Shown: piece by piece, positions 38,661 through 40,548 of the stretch
How the letters are laid out: every line of letters begins with the position of its first letter
How positions within the stretch are numbered: position 1 is the first letter of the stretch
NCBI GenBank assembly: GCA_050117895.1
Contig: JASFLX010000002.1
Span: forward strand, 1 to 40,548
Length of the DNA stretch: 40,548 bases
Origin: Desulfobacterales bacterium
GTDB taxonomy: Bacteria > Desulfobacterota > Desulfobacteria > Desulfobacterales > UBA11574
Direction: 5' to 3'
The notes under the pieces: generated by a model
What the model was told of the DNA's origin: nothing
Database searches by the model: none
What the model saw: only the letters and a program-made list of their open reading frames with translations
Position numbers and translations under genes: made by a program

Positions 38661-40445
38661 TCATCGTATATTCGAAAACTTTGAAATATGAGGAATCCCT
38701 TTAAATTTTTTTTCATTGTACAGTGCTATTTTTGTTGTGGATCCAACAACACCGTCAACATGTATTCCGTATTTTTTCTGAACATTTTTGACTGCCTGCC
38801 GGGTATTCTCATCGTAAAACGGATTAATTTCAACCGAGTTGAATCCAATATCCCGTAGCAGCAGCTTCAGTGTTATTATGGAAACTTTTGGAGAATCCAG
38901 CGGAATGGTACCTGCCAGAGAGAGGAAATTTTTCCATGGAATGTATGCCACGCCGGACCAATATGATTTTAAATCATTCGGTTCCAGTTCTATTGAGACA
39001 TCCTTTTTCCCTCCTCTGAGAGCAATTTTTTCTTCATCTATTCCATTCAGCGTAAGATATACCGGAGGAAGATCTCCAGGGAGATGGAACTCTAAAATGG
39101 CCGGCAGATTTAATTTTTTTACCGCGTTAAAACTACCTTCAATGCGACGGATTAAAAGACCGTTTTGATCAGAAGCAAGGTGGAAAAAAGCCTGATCATC
39201 ACTGATACCGTTAAGATACCGTCCAATCTCAGATTGAGTACCCCACAAATCCATGGCAACCTTAAGGGCCGCGTTTCTTGAGTAAAACCGGTTCAATTTT
39301 TTAAGTAAAACCACCAGATCAGAGACAGACTCTTTAACGATTTTCGGTTTCTTTAATGCAGGCGCTTTAGCCGGCTCCTTATCAGGAATCTTAACCGGTG
39401 CTTTAACCGACTTTGAATCTGGTAAAGGTTTGGGGGAAGGAGATGTTTTTAAATACTTTGATCGGCTTAAGTGGTTTGATCTGGAAGTATCACCCCCGTT
39501 GCTTTCCAGTGAACTTAATTTCGCATGATCGTTAAAGAGTTCGGAGCGGAAAACCAATACCACGATAATGCCTGTACACAACAGAGCGAAAAATAGACCT
39601 GTTTTTTTCCATTTTTGAAGGCGACGGCGTTTCATGTCACCCCTAACACCCAGCTCGCGGATGGCAGCCATGGCTATCTTTCCGGATATTATCTCTTGAT
39701 TAAGAACGAATGCATTCAGAAGTGCCCGGTCACAGACAATATTGATTAATCGAGGGATCCCTCTTGAGTATTGATAAATAGACCGATAGGCGGCGGCGTC
39801 AAATTGAATTTCGGTCTTTAGGGAAGCGATATTGATACGGTGTTGAATGTATGCTTGAACTTCTTTATAACTCAAGGGAGCAAGCTGACATCTTAAAGTG
39901 ATCCTCTGGTCCAGCTGCCTGAGTTCATGGGAATCGAGTTTTTCTCCCAGTTCGGGTTGACCCACAAGGATAATCTGAATAAGCTTGTCTTTGGCGGTCT
40001 CTAAATTTGACAACAATCTCAACTGTTCCAGAACTTCTTTGGTCAAATTCTGGGCCTCATCGATGATAAGGATAACATTTTTTCCTTCGGATTTTTTCGC
40101 AATGAGAAAAGAATTCAGCCGGTCGATCAGATCTTTGATGTTGTCCGTATCCGATTCAATTCCAAATTCGTCAATGATGGCTCTGAGAAGTTGTATGGCA
40201 TTTAAACTGGGATTAAAGATGTAAGCAGCTTTTGTGTTATGATCCAGATTTTCGAGAAATGCTCGGCAGATTGTGGTCTTACCGGTTCCTACTTCCCCGG
40301 TGATTTCCACAAAACCGTCACCTTGAATCACTGCATAGGTCAGATGTGCAAGGACCTCTTCATGGCTTTTGCTCAAAAAGAGATAGGCAGGGTTCGGAAC
40401 GAGCTTAAACGGCCTTTCCCTGAAACTGAAAAAGTTTTTGTACAT
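38661..40445 (-). CDS. ExeA/GspA-like AAA ATPase with TM segment and C-terminal peptidoglycan-binding domain
   Basis: Walker A GEVGTGKTT and Walker B VILIIDEAQNL. TM GLFFALLCTGIIVVLVF. C-terminal PG_binding_1-like TRQAVKNVQKKYGIHVDGVVGSTTKIAL. Confidence 0.85.
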   Translation of the reverse strand: MYKNFFSFRERPFKLVPNPAYLFLSKSHEEVLAHLTYAVIQGDGFVEITGEVGTGKTTICRAFLENLDHNTKAAYIFNPSLNAIQLLRAIIDEFGIESDTDNIKDLIDRLNSFLIAKKSEGKNVILIIDEAQNLTKEVLEQLRLLSNLETAKDKLIQIILVGQPELGEKLDSHELRQLDQRITLRCQLAPLSYKEVQAYIQHRINIASLKTEIQFDAAAYRSIYQYSRGIPRLINIVCDRALLNAFVLNQEIISGKIAMAAIRELGVRGDMKRRRLQKWKKTGLFFALLCTGIIVVLVFRSELFNDHAKLSSLESNGGDTSRSNHLSRSKYLKTSPSPKPLPDSKSVKAPVKIPDKEPAKAPALKKPKIVKESVSDLVVLLKKLNRFYSRNAALKVAMDLWGTQSEIGRYLNGISDDQAFFHLASDQNGLLIRRIEGSFNAVKKLNLPAILEFHLPGDLPPVYLTLNGIDEEKIALRGGKKDVSIELEPNDLKSYWSGVAYIPWKNFLSLAGTIPLDSPKVSIITLKLLLRDIGFNSVEINPFYDENTRQAVKNVQKKYGIHVDGVVGSTTKIALYNEKKFKGIPHISKFSNIR

Positions 40446-40548
40446 CTGCGCCGGCCTCTTCCTCGGAATTTTTAGCCCAATATAAGCAAAAAAAGAAGTG
40501 AAAAATTAATAAACTTTTAATGTTAAGTTAACATCAGTATAAATTCAG

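Overview
40.5-kb bacterial chromosomal window with about 36 protein-coding genes at high coding density. I found no rRNA, tRNA or CRISPR array by eye. Gene content and signalling-protein architectures suggest a Desulfobacterota/deltaproteobacterial host, but this is a weak inference. The left third (1-12.5 kb) looks accessory. A tyrosine recombinase sits at the window edge, followed by three caspase-family (peptidase C14) genes with three different accessory modules: a fused PEGA-like domain, a separately encoded translationally coupled lipoprotein, and a 14-blade WD40 plus Ig-like array. Between them lie secreted proteins of unknown function, a gene broken by a homopolymer frameshift, an AhpD-like protein and YbaK. 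The remaining window is mostly housekeeping or signalling. It encodes a half-size UPF0016 membrane protein, an OYE/2,4-dienoyl-CoA-reductase-like flavoenzyme, a secreted alpha/beta hydrolase and a TPP enzyme. It also holds a solute-binding-like protein with a hybrid histidine kinase and a response regulator, a Zn-ribbon-TrmO-like protein, an ABC-like ATPase, TraB/GumN and pyruvate kinase. Further along are a metallophosphoesterase with a Ser/Thr kinase-DUF1566, serC, an operon of a small protein, DUF1848 and dusB, then ahcY-metK, panC and an ExeA/GspB-like pair. The best novelty candidates are the caspase cluster and a pair of related, highly structured intergenic elements (22206-22335 and 27869-28012). 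These two elements share a conserved core, but their stems differ in sequence while keeping pairing potential. All calls rest on manual motif reading; no database search was possible.
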